Source: Candidatus Saccharimonadota bacterium (GTDB lineage: Bacteria; Bacteroidota; Bacteroidia; Flavobacteriales; Blattabacteriaceae). Taken from it: a stretch of DNA of 32,000 nucleotides. Position 1 is the stretch's first letter. The number at the start of each line of letters is the position of its first letter. The notes under the pieces are model-generated. The model was given only the letters and a program-made list of their open reading frames with translations. It was not told the origin of the DNA and did no database searches. Made by a program: the position numbers and the translations under genes. The DNA lies in the NCBI RefSeq assembly GCF_014251775.1, contig NZ_CP059199.1:90001-122000 (forward strand). Reading direction: 5' to 3'. Of this stretch, positions 7,991 through 16,255 are shown piece after piece.

Positions 7991-8932
7991 TTAAAAAATC
8001 ATTTTATCAAATGCAATAAGGGTATTGAATCCTTTTTTAGAAAAATATTTTTTCATACCTTTTCTAAAACTTATTAGTACAAAATCCCCCCCCCAAGTTC
8101 CTAAACTTTTTACCATTCCTAAATAATCGGGAAAATACAACTCTTTAATAGTAGGTAAATTTAATATTTTTGATATAATCATTTCATGCTTTAGTAATAA
8201 TTCTTCAAATTTTTTTAATGTTTTACAACATAAAATTTCTAATGTTATAGAAGAAATAGAATCTATAATTTTATTATTAAGAATATTTTTTTTCGAATAA
8301 AAAAATCTTATTCCATTAATAGTATTTTTTTTTTTATTTAGATGTAGAAAAAAAAGTTTGTCTTTAAAAGGTGGATTAAATTTTATAGGAATAAAACAAG
8401 GATTTTTTTTTACAATTCTATATATTATAGGTTTTGATGTGGAAACACAAGCTATATCATATCCACTTCCCGGAAAATCATTACCTAATAAATAATAAGG
8501 ATTAATTTGTGCCCATTTTGCAATATTATTAATTAAAGTTGAACTACTACCTAATCCCCAATCTCTAGAAAATTGTAAATAAGTATTTACATATATATTG
8601 AATGATTGGGATAAAAATTTTTTCTGAATAATTTTAGATTTTATTAATAAATTTCTTAAACGAATAGCTGTTTTTTTTTCTGTTTCGTGAAAAATTTTAA
8701 AAAAAGGTAATTGAAATACTCCTTCAAACCAAAGTTTATTAAAATTATCATAACTTCTCCAATGCAAAATAGAAGAAGTATTTTTTTTATTATCTTCAAT
8801 AATATTCAATGATTGCCCCCTTATAGTAGGTAAAGCTAGCCCCAAAGCTCCACATAAAATTAAGTACTCTCCTGTTAATAGTAATTTTCCATGACTATAA
8901 AAATATTTTTTTTTACAATGATACATCATCAC
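7991..8932 (-). CDS. GHMP-superfamily kinase of the Bacteroidota GYDIA type (mevalonate-pathway-like kinase, substrate uncertain)
   Basis: 313-aa ORF: HGKLLLTGEYLILCGALGLALPT (GHMP N-terminal motif), GLGSSSTLINNIAKWA (ATP-binding motif 2), GSGYDIACV (GYDIA signature). Start is GTG 8932 or ATG 8929/8926. Confidence 0.75.
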   Translation of the reverse strand: MMMYHCKKKYFYSHGKLLLTGEYLILCGALGLALPTIRGQSLNIIEDNKKNTSSILHWRSYDNFNKLWFEGVFQLPFFKIFHETEKKTAIRLRNLLIKSKIIQKKFLSQSFNIYVNTYLQFSRDWGLGSSSTLINNIAKWAQINPYYLLGNDFPGSGYDIACVSTSKPIIYRIVKKNPCFIPIKFNPPFKDKLFFLHLNKKKNTINGIRFFYSKKNILNNKIIDSISSITLEILCCKTLKKFEELLLKHEMIISKILNLPTIKELYFPDYLGMVKSLGTWGGDFVLISFRKGMKKYFSKKGFNTLIAFDKMIF

Positions 8933-8954
8933 TATGTGAGTTAATACTTTATTT

Positions 8955-9818
8955 TTATTTATTACAATCTTTAAAAATTATTTTAGCAATTTTTTCTAAA
9001 CTTTTTCCAGGACCAATTTCTATGAATTTAGAAGCACCATCAATAATCATATTTTTTATGGATTGTTTCCATTTTACCGGAGCTCCCATCTGTTTTATAA
9101 TATTTTTTTTTATTTCATTAGAATCAATAATGGATTTTCCAATAAAATTTTGATAAATAGGACATACAGGTGGATTAAAATTAACTTTCATTATAATATT
9201 CTTTAATTTTTCTTCAGCTGATTTCATAATTGGAGAGTGAAAAGCTCCATAAACAGGAATACGAATTATTTTTTTAGCACCTATCTTTTTTAAGATTGAA
9301 CATACTCTTTTAACAGAATTTAATTCTCCAGATATTACGGAATGATTAGGAGCAATATAATTTGATAAAACCACGATTCCTATTTCATTTTTACAAATAT
9401 TTTCTATAATTTTATCTTTTAACCCAATAATTACGATCATATTTCCCTTAGTTTTTTCACAAATTTTCTGCATCAAAGATGCTCGTTGATTAACCAAATA
9501 TAATCCATCTTCAAAAGAAAAAACATTAATTGCTGTTAAAGCAGAAAACTCTCCTATAGAGAGTCCAGCAACCATATCGGGGTTAAAATTTTCATATAAT
9601 TTAGTTTCTATAACTGAACAAATGTATATTGATAATTGAGCATTTATAGTTTGTTTTAAAATATCATCAGTTCCATTAAACATAATGGAAGTTATTTTAA
9701 ATCCTAATAATTCATCAGCTAAATGAAACATTTTTTTTGCTAAAGTACTTTTTTTATATAATTTTTCTCCCATCCCCACAAATTGACTTCCTTGACCAGG
9801 AAATAAATAAGCTTTCAT
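8955..9818 (-). CDS. fabD: Malonyl-CoA:ACP transacylase
   Basis: 287-aa ORF: MKAYLFPGQGSQFVGMG, active-site GLSIGEFSAL, and GAFHSPIM. Confidence 0.93.
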   Translation of the reverse strand: MKAYLFPGQGSQFVGMGEKLYKKSTLAKKMFHLADELLGFKITSIMFNGTDDILKQTINAQLSIYICSVIETKLYENFNPDMVAGLSIGEFSALTAINVFSFEDGLYLVNQRASLMQKICEKTKGNMIVIIGLKDKIIENICKNEIGIVVLSNYIAPNHSVISGELNSVKRVCSILKKIGAKKIIRIPVYGAFHSPIMKSAEEKLKNIIMKVNFNPPVCPIYQNFIGKSIIDSNEIKKNIIKQMGAPVKWKQSIKNMIIDGASKFIEIGPGKSLEKIAKIIFKDCNK

Positions 9819-9859
9819 ATATTTTTTTTAAATTAATATCAAATATGTAAATATAGTAT

Positions 9860-10627
9860 ATGAATATAATTGATACCCATGCTCATTTATATATGAAAGA
9901 ATTTCATAATGATATTGATCATGTAATTAATAAATCGATTAAACAGGGAATTAATAAATTTTTTATTCCTTGCATAAATCATTCAACTATTTATGGTATT
10001 ATAAAATTGGTAGATAAATATTATGATCTATGTGAAGCCATGATTGGATTGCATCCTAATTATGTCAATTCAGATAATTTTAAGGGGGAACTGAATAAAA
10101 TAAATAAATGGTTAAATAATTATCATTTTATATGTATAGGAGAAATAGGTATAGATTTATATATCAATAAAAATTTTCTATATGAACAAATATATGTTTT
10201 TGAAACTCAAATAAAATGGGCAATACACAAAAAAATTCCTATAGTTATTCATTGTAGAAAAGCATTTGACTACGTTTTTAATATTTTATCAAAAAAGGAA
10301 AATTATTATATAAAAGGAATTTTCCATTGTTTTTCTGGTACTCTTGAACAAGCAAAAAAAATAATTAAATTAGGATTTAAATTAGGAATAGGAGGGATTA
10401 TTACTTTTAAAAATAATTATATAGAAAAATTTTTAAAAAAAATTGATATAAAAAATATAGTATTAGAAACTGATTCACCATATTTATCACCCCATCCTTT
10501 TCGAGGAAAAAGAAATGAACCGTCTAATATATTAATAATTTTAAAAAAATTGTCAGAAATTTATTCTCTACCAGAAAGGGTAATTGCTACTATTACTAGT
10601 AATAACGTTAAAGAATTATTTTCATAA
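9860..10627 (+). CDS. tatD: TatD family metal-dependent hydrolase/DNase
   Basis: 255-aa ORF: IIDTHAHLYMKEF, IGEIGIDLY, PIVIHCRKAF, GIFHCFSG, LETDSPYLSPHPFRGKRNEP. Confidence 0.9.
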   Translation: MNIIDTHAHLYMKEFHNDIDHVINKSIKQGINKFFIPCINHSTIYGIIKLVDKYYDLCEAMIGLHPNYVNSDNFKGELNKINKWLNNYHFICIGEIGIDLYINKNFLYEQIYVFETQIKWAIHKKIPIVIHCRKAFDYVFNILSKKENYYIKGIFHCFSGTLEQAKKIIKLGFKLGIGGIITFKNNYIEKFLKKIDIKNIVLETDSPYLSPHPFRGKRNEPSNILIILKKLSEIYSLPERVIATITSNNVKELFS

Positions 10628-10632
10628 ATTAA

Positions 10633-12036
10633 TTATACCATTTTAGATGGATCTACTAACTTTTCAAATTCATTATCAGTCAAATATCCTAAACGTATTG
10701 ATTCTTCTTTTATAGTAGTATTATTGATATAAGCAGATCTTGCAATTTCTGCTGATTTTTCATATCCAATATGCGGGTTTAATGCAGTAACTAACATTAA
10801 AGAATTATATAATAATTCTTTAATTCTATTATAATTTGGTTTGATACCTTTAACACAAAGTGAAGAAAAAGAATTAATACTATCTGAAAGTAATTTAGTA
10901 GATTCTAAAAATTTAGTTATAATTAATGGTTTGCAAACGTTTAATTCATAATTTCCCGAAGATCCAGCCATTGAAATAATCAAATCATTTCCTATTATTT
11001 GTGTACAAACCATATTAATAGACTCACATTGAGTAGGATTAATTTTTCCAGGCATAATAGAAGATCCTGGTTCATTTTCTGGTAAATAAATTTCACCAAT
11101 TCCAGAACGTGGACCAGATGCTGATAAACGAATATCATTGGATATTTTTATTAAAGAAACTGCTATTTGTTTAATAGATGCATGTGATTCTACTATAGCA
11201 TCATGAGCAGCAATCAATTCAAATTTATTATTAGCAACTCTAAAAGGAATTCCTGTATATTTTTTAATATAATCAATTACTTGTATATCATATCCTTTAG
11301 GAGCATTTAATCCAGTTCCTACTGCAGTCCCACCTATAGATAATTCAGATAGGTAATCTAAAGTATTTTTAATAGAAATTAAACCATGTTTTATTTGTGA
11401 TGCATAACCAGAAAATTCTTGTCCTAAAGTTATTGGAGTAGCATCCATAAGATGAGTTCTTCCTATTTTTACAATATTTTTAAATAAAATAGACTTATGT
11501 TTTAATAATTTTTTTAAGAATTCTATTGATGGAATAGTTTTATCTTTTAATATTTTAAATGCCGCAATGTGCATAGCGGTAGAAAATGTATCATTAGATG
11601 ATTGAGACATATTAACATCATCATTAGGATGTATTAAACAATTTCCTGATCCTAATTCATACCCCATCAATACATGAGATCTATTAGATATTACTTCATT
11701 AACGTTCATATTTGTTTGAGTTCCAGATCCGGTTTGCCAAATAACTAATGGAAATTGACTATCTAATTTACCATCTATAATTTCATCACATACCATAGAT
11801 ATCAATTTTTGCTTCTTTTTAGATAACTTTTTTAAATTAAAATTAGTCATAGCTGCAGCTTTTTTTAGTATAGCGAAAGCATAAATAATCTCAATTGGCA
11901 TTGATCCTTCTGGTCCAATTTTAAAATTTTTTCTTGATCTTTCTGTTTGAGCACCCCAATATTTATTTATTGGAACTTTAACTACACCTAGTATATCTTT
12001 TTCTACTCTATATTTAATTTTTTTATTTTTATTCAT
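10633..12036 (-). CDS. fumC: Class II fumarate hydratase
   Basis: 467-aa ORF: [40 protein letters not shown], and the signature [15 protein letters not shown]. Confidence 0.95.
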   Translation of the reverse strand: MNKNKKIKYRVEKDILGVVKVPINKYWGAQTERSRKNFKIGPEGSMPIEIIYAFAILKKAAAMTNFNLKKLSKKKQKLISMVCDEIIDGKLDSQFPLVIWQTGSGTQTNMNVNEVISNRSHVLMGYELGSGNCLIHPNDDVNMSQSSNDTFSTAMHIAAFKILKDKTIPSIEFLKKLLKHKSILFKNIVKIGRTHLMDATPITLGQEFSGYASQIKHGLISIKNTLDYLSELSIGGTAVGTGLNAPKGYDIQVIDYIKKYTGIPFRVANNKFELIAAHDAIVESHASIKQIAVSLIKISNDIRLSASGPRSGIGEIYLPENEPGSSIMPGKINPTQCESINMVCTQIIGNDLIISMAGSSGNYELNVCKPLIITKFLESTKLLSDSINSFSSLCVKGIKPNYNRIKELLYNSLMLVTALNPHIGYEKSAEIARSAYINNTTIKEESIRLGYLTDNEFEKLVDPSKMV

Positions 12037-12079
12037 ATATTCTTTTTTAATAAATTAAAATTTTGTATATTATTTTAAA

Positions 12080-12241
12080 ATGATCATTAAGTTTATAGGA
12101 TTTTTAATTTTTTTATTAATGTCCTTATCTGGATTTTGGTGTGTTATTTTTTTGTCTTTATTCAGTTTATATTGGATAATAAGTTTTTTATTATATAAAA
12201 TAAATATTTTTATAAAAACAAATGATAAAAAAAATAATTAA
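12080..12241 (+). CDS. Small hydrophobic membrane peptide (53 aa), function unknown
   Basis: Not in the ORF track. ATG 12080 ... TAA 12239-12241 = MIIKFIGFLIFLLMSLSGFWCVIFLSLFSLYWIISFLLYKINIFIKTNDKKNN. It has two hydrophobic stretches. Its 3' end overlaps the start of the next small ORF. It is open-reading evidence only in an AT-rich spacer, so the call is tentative. Confidence 0.35.
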   Translation: MIIKFIGFLIFLLMSLSGFWCVIFLSLFSLYWIISFLLYKINIFIKTNDKKNN

Positions 12242-12392
12242 AAATAAATATTTTTGGATGAGTTTTTTTTTTATTATATGGATTTCATTTTTTGATAAAA
12301 ATTCATTAATGGCACATTATAAAATAAAAAAAACCATGGAAAAAATGGTGTATCATAAAAATTTAATACAATCACAAATGGATCATAAATAA
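12222..12392 (+). CDS. FtsB/DivIC-like (septum formation initiator-like) mini-protein, copy 1
   Basis: Not in the ORF track. ATG 12222 ... TAA 12390-12392 = MIKKIIKNKYFWMSFFFIIWISFFDKNSLMAHYKIKKTMEKMVYHKNLIQSQMDHK (56 aa). It has a basic N-terminus, one TM segment, then the FFD.NS...HY.(I/L)KK pattern seen at the TM/coiled-coil junction of flavobacterial septum-formation-initiator proteins. It is much shorter than typical (~100 aa). Confidence 0.5.
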   Translation: MIKKIIKNKYFWMSFFFIIWISFFDKNSLMAHYKIKKTMEKMVYHKNLIQSQMDHK

Positions 12393-12397
12393 TCGAT

Positions 12398-12587
12398 TTA
12401 TTTTCTGATATAAATTAATATTACATTTAAATCAGATGGTGAAACACCACTAATTTTTGCTGCTTCTGCTAATGACATTGGTTTATGTAAAGATAATTTT
12501 TCTCTTGCTTCCAATGAAAGAGAATTAATTTTTTTATAACTAAAATTATATGGAATTTTAATTTTTTCTAATCTTAATAATTTTTTT
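12398..12587 (-). pseudogene. Duplicated 3' fragment of mnmG (last ~62 codons plus stop), a by-product of the tandem duplication
   Basis: Identical to 12871-13060, the C-terminal coding end of the intact mnmG (...KLLRLEKIKIPYNFSYKKINSLSLEAREKLSLHKPMSLAEAAKISGVSPSDLNVILIYIRK*). Upstream of the junction the reading frame continues into unrelated sequence with no mnmG body. Confidence 0.85.
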
Positions 12588-12694
12588 ATTAATGTCCTTA
12601 TCTGGATTTTGGTGTGTTATTTTTTTGTCTTTATTCAGTTTATATTGGATAATAAGTTTTTTATTATATAAAATAAATATTTTTATAAAAACAA

Positions 12695-12865
12695 ATGATA
12701 AAAAAAATAATTAAAAATAAATATTTTTGGATGAGTTTTTTTTTTATTATATGGATTTCATTTTTTGATAAAAATTCATTAATGGCACATTATAAAATAA
12801 AAAAAACCATGGAAAAAATGGTGTATCATAAAAATTTAATACAATCACAAATGGATCATAAATAA
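12695..12865 (+). CDS. FtsB/DivIC-like mini-protein, copy 2 (identical to copy 1)
   Basis: Same 171-nt ORF shifted by 473 bp (12222+473). It ends 5 nt before the convergent mnmG stop at 12871. The copy of the 53-aa peptide ORF that precedes it is 5'-truncated (an ATG at 12592 would give 40 aa). Confidence 0.5.
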   Translation: MIKKIIKNKYFWMSFFFIIWISFFDKNSLMAHYKIKKTMEKMVYHKNLIQSQMDHK

Positions 12866-12870
12866 TCGAT

Positions 12871-14742
12871 TTATTTTCTGATATAAATTAATATTACATT
12901 TAAATCAGATGGTGAAACACCACTAATTTTTGCTGCTTCTGCTAATGACATTGGTTTATGTAAAGATAATTTTTCTCTTGCTTCCAATGAAAGAGAATTA
13001 ATTTTTTTATAACTAAAATTATATGGAATTTTAATTTTTTCTAATCTTAATAATTTTTTTGCATTATCTATTTCTCTATGAATATATCCCTTGTATTTAA
13101 TTTTAATCAAAGCTTGTTCTAAAATTTCATCAGAATAATCATTTTTATCGATTTCATTCATTATAAATGGAATATTTTTTACATCTTCTATACTTATTTC
13201 AGAACGTGATAAAATACTTTCTATTTTTTTATTAGAAACAATTAAAGAGGATTTTTTTTTCAATAAAAAAGGATTTATTTCGTTAGGAGTTAAATAATTT
13301 TTTTCAAAAAAAAATATACAATTTTTTACTTTTAATTTTTTATTTTCTACTATTTTAATATTTTTATTTGAAACTAATCCTATTCTGTATCCGATATGGC
13401 TTAATCTTTCATCTGCATTGTCTTGTCTTAATAACATTCTATATTCTGATCTAGAAGTAAACATTCTATATGGTTCTTTTGTTCCTTTTGTTACCAAATC
13501 ATCTATTAAAACACCAATATATCCTTGATTTCTTTTAATAATAATTGGATCTTTATCAAAAACTTTTCTACATGCATTAATTCCTGAAATTAATCCTTGT
13601 GCTGCTGCTTCTTCATATCCAGTAGTTCCATTAATTTGTCCTGCAAAAAAAAGATTTTCTATTATATTACTTTCTAAAGTATTTTTTAACTGATTTGGAT
13701 AAAAATAATCATATTCAATAGCATATCCGGGTTGAGTAATATTTACTTTTTCAAATCCAGAAATTTTTTTTAAAATATCATATTGTAACACTTTAGAAAA
13801 AGAAGTAGAAAAACCATTTATATACATTTCTGTAGTATTTAATCCTTCTGGTTCTATAAAAATTGGATGTCTTTTTTGATTAGGAAATCTAATAATTTTC
13901 TCTTCTATAGAAGGGCAATATCTTGGACCAATTCCTTCAATATGTTTATTAAATATAGGAGAATAAACTAAATTTTTCTTAATTAAATTATAAACTATTT
14001 CCGGTGTATATGTTATAAAACATTTCAGTTGTTTATTTAATTTTTTTTTTTTAAAAAATGAAAAATTTCCTGGATTTTTATCTCCATATTGAATAGTAAA
14101 CTTATTGAAGTTTATAGACTTTCCATCTATTCTAGGAGATGTCCCAGTTTTCATTCTACCATATTTTAATCCAAAATATTTATTTAATTGTTCTGTTATA
14201 CCTTTAACTTCTTTTTCTTTTATTCTTCCTCCATTAATTTTTTTATTACCAATATGTATTTTTCCATTTAAAAATGTGCCATTAGTAAGAATAACTGACT
14301 TGGATTTTATTTCTTTTCCCAAAAAAGTTTTTACCCCTAAAACTCGATTTTTTTTGATAATCAAAGACGTAACTGTATCTTGATATAAATCTAATTTTTT
14401 TATTTTTTGTAAAGTTCTTTTCCATAAAAATGAAAATAATTTTCTATCACATTGAGATCTAGGACTCCACATAGCAGGTCCTTTAGATTTATTTAACATT
14501 CTAAATTGTATGCTACTATAATCGGTAATTATTCCTGAATATCCCCCTAAAGCATCTATTTCTCTAATCATTTGTCCTTTAGCAATTCCTCCCATAGCAG
14601 GATTACATGACATTACACCTATTGTTTGTAAATTACTTGTAATTAATAAAGTATTGCTCCCAATATTTGCGGATGCTGCAGCAGCTTCTGAACCGGCATG
14701 TCCACCACCAACTACAATTACATCATATATATTTAAAAACAT
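12871..14742 (-). CDS. mnmG: tRNA uridine-5-carboxymethylaminomethyl(34) synthesis enzyme MnmG (GidA)
   Basis: 623-aa ORF: YDVIVVGGGHAGSEAAAASA (FAD-binding), CNPAMGGIAKGQMIREIDALGG, GPRYCPSIEEK, FFAGQINGTTGYEEAAAQGL. Confidence 0.95.
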   Translation of the reverse strand: MFLNIYDVIVVGGGHAGSEAAAASANIGSNTLLITSNLQTIGVMSCNPAMGGIAKGQMIREIDALGGYSGIITDYSSIQFRMLNKSKGPAMWSPRSQCDRKLFSFLWKRTLQKIKKLDLYQDTVTSLIIKKNRVLGVKTFLGKEIKSKSVILTNGTFLNGKIHIGNKKINGGRIKEKEVKGITEQLNKYFGLKYGRMKTGTSPRIDGKSINFNKFTIQYGDKNPGNFSFFKKKKLNKQLKCFITYTPEIVYNLIKKNLVYSPIFNKHIEGIGPRYCPSIEEKIIRFPNQKRHPIFIEPEGLNTTEMYINGFSTSFSKVLQYDILKKISGFEKVNITQPGYAIEYDYFYPNQLKNTLESNIIENLFFAGQINGTTGYEEAAAQGLISGINACRKVFDKDPIIIKRNQGYIGVLIDDLVTKGTKEPYRMFTSRSEYRMLLRQDNADERLSHIGYRIGLVSNKNIKIVENKKLKVKNCIFFFEKNYLTPNEINPFLLKKKSSLIVSNKKIESILSRSEISIEDVKNIPFIMNEIDKNDYSDEILEQALIKIKYKGYIHREIDNAKKLLRLEKIKIPYNFSYKKINSLSLEAREKLSLHKPMSLAEAAKISGVSPSDLNVILIYIRK

Positions 14743-14751
14743 TATTGTTAA

Positions 14752-15118
14752 TTAAAATAAATTTAAATAGAAATTTTCTTTTTTTCTCATAATTATTTTA
14801 TCCATTATTTTTTTATCATTATATCCTAAAAAATGTAATATAGAATGTATCATTACACGTTCTAATTCAAATAGAAAAAACTGATTATACTTATAAGAAT
14901 TTTCTAAAACTCGATCGATGCTTATAAAAATATCTCCCGATATATATCCTTTTAAAGATAAATCGAATGCAATAACATCTGTATAATAATTTTTATTTAA
15001 ATATTTATTATTCATCAATAGCAAATAATTATCGTCACAAAAAATATAATTAATATTACCAATACATTTTTTTTCATTTTTTGTTATATAATGAATTTTT
15101 TTTTTAAAAAAAACTCAT
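14752..15118 (-). CDS. ybeY: rRNA maturation endoribonuclease YbeY, with an apparent 5' frameshift in a homopolymer
   Basis: The track ORF (14752-15024, TTG start) carries the metal site MIHSILHFLGYND. The conserved upstream segment KIHYITKNEKKCIGNINYIFCDDNY is in frame but contains no ATG, GTG or TTG. The only ATG (15118-15116) is 1 nt out of frame (MSFF*) across a T8A10 tract on the coding strand (15096-15113). The 5' coordinate assumes that ATG. Confidence 0.7.
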
Positions 15119-15478
15119 TATATAATTTAAAATTATATATTTCATAAAAAAATCGTATCATTTTTCTATTATTTTTTTAATTAAATAAAATATTATATCG
15201 AATAATTACTAATATATTATTACATTTACTATTCGTATGTTGTATATCCATACATAAATTTTAATACAATGAGATAATTTGATTATTATTTCTTAAATTT
15301 CAAAAAATTATTTTTATATTAATCTATTAATTTTAAATATATTTCATGGAATAAAAATTAAAGAAATATGTATATTTTTACTAAATAATTTATTTATTGA
15401 TACTTAATAAATATATGATGGTCATACCATGTATGATAATTTTTTATACAATAATTTCCATTTTTTAAAAAAAATTAA

Positions 15479-16252
15479 ATGAATTTAAAACTAAACCGTC
15501 CAATATGTTTTTTTGATATAGAAGCAACTGGAATAAATATAGGAAAAGATAGAATTATAGAAATATCTATTTTAAAAATATTTCCTAACGAAAAAAAAGA
15601 AGATAAAACATGGTTAGTTTATCCTGAAATGCCAATTCCACCGCAATCTACAGCTATTCATGGAATAAAAGATGAAGATGTTATAGATAAATTACCATTC
15701 AAATATGTGGCAAATTCTATTTTTAGAATGATTGAAAATACAGATTTAGCAGGATATAATTCTAATAGATTTGATATTCCAATTTTAGCAGAAGAAATGC
15801 TAAGAGCAGGAATATCATTTGATATAAAAAAACATAAAACTATAGATGTTCAAGTAATTTTTCATAAAATGGAACCTAGAACTTTATCTGCTGCTTATAA
15901 ATATTATTGTAAAAAAGAACTTAAAAACGCTCATAGTTCTAAATCTGATGTTTTCGCAACTTATGAAATATTATTATCACAGATAGATAAATATAAAAAT
16001 TTAAAAGATGACGTTAAAAGTCTAGAAAAATTTTCTCATCAAATAAATATAGCTGATTTAGCGGGATTCATTAAAATAGATGAAAATGGAAATGAAATTT
16101 TTAATTTTGGTAAATATAAAGGAAAAAAAGTTTACGAAATTTTTAAAAAGGATCTTAATTATTATGGATGGATTCAAAATTCTGATTTTCCTTTATATAC
16201 CAAAAAAATATTTACAATAATAAAACTTAAAAAGTTGAATAAAAAAATATAA
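15479..16252 (+). CDS. DnaQ-like 3'-5' exonuclease (DNA polymerase III epsilon family)
   Basis: 257-aa ORF: exo I FFDIEATG, exo II LAGYNSNRFDIPILAEE, exo III HSSKSDVFATYEI. Confidence 0.85.
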   Translation: MNLKLNRPICFFDIEATGINIGKDRIIEISILKIFPNEKKEDKTWLVYPEMPIPPQSTAIHGIKDEDVIDKLPFKYVANSIFRMIENTDLAGYNSNRFDIPILAEEMLRAGISFDIKKHKTIDVQVIFHKMEPRTLSAAYKYYCKKELKNAHSSKSDVFATYEILLSQIDKYKNLKDDVKSLEKFSHQINIADLAGFIKIDENGNEIFNFGKYKGKKVYEIFKKDLNYYGWIQNSDFPLYTKKIFTIIKLKKLNKKI

Positions 16253-16255
16253 AAT

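Larger units (their letters stand above)
12105..13060. repeat. Base-perfect tandem duplication, 473-bp unit x2 (12105-12577 and 12578-13050) plus a third copy of the 10-bp junction microhomology
   Basis: A block-by-block comparison of 12121-12587 with 12594-13060 shows identical sequence, including all homopolymer lengths. TAATTTTTTT occurs at 12105-12114, 12578-12587 and 13051-13060, exactly at the unit boundaries. Confidence 0.95.

Noticed and set aside
14105-14383. 92-aa plus-strand ORF inside mnmG
   Set aside because: It is antisense to mnmG and has no motifs.
15270-15290. TAATTTG-type near matches to the Bacteroidota -7 promoter box (also near 31320)
   Set aside because: They have only one spacer base instead of two (TAnnTTTG), so they do not match the consensus. 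They are too frequent in this composition to call.
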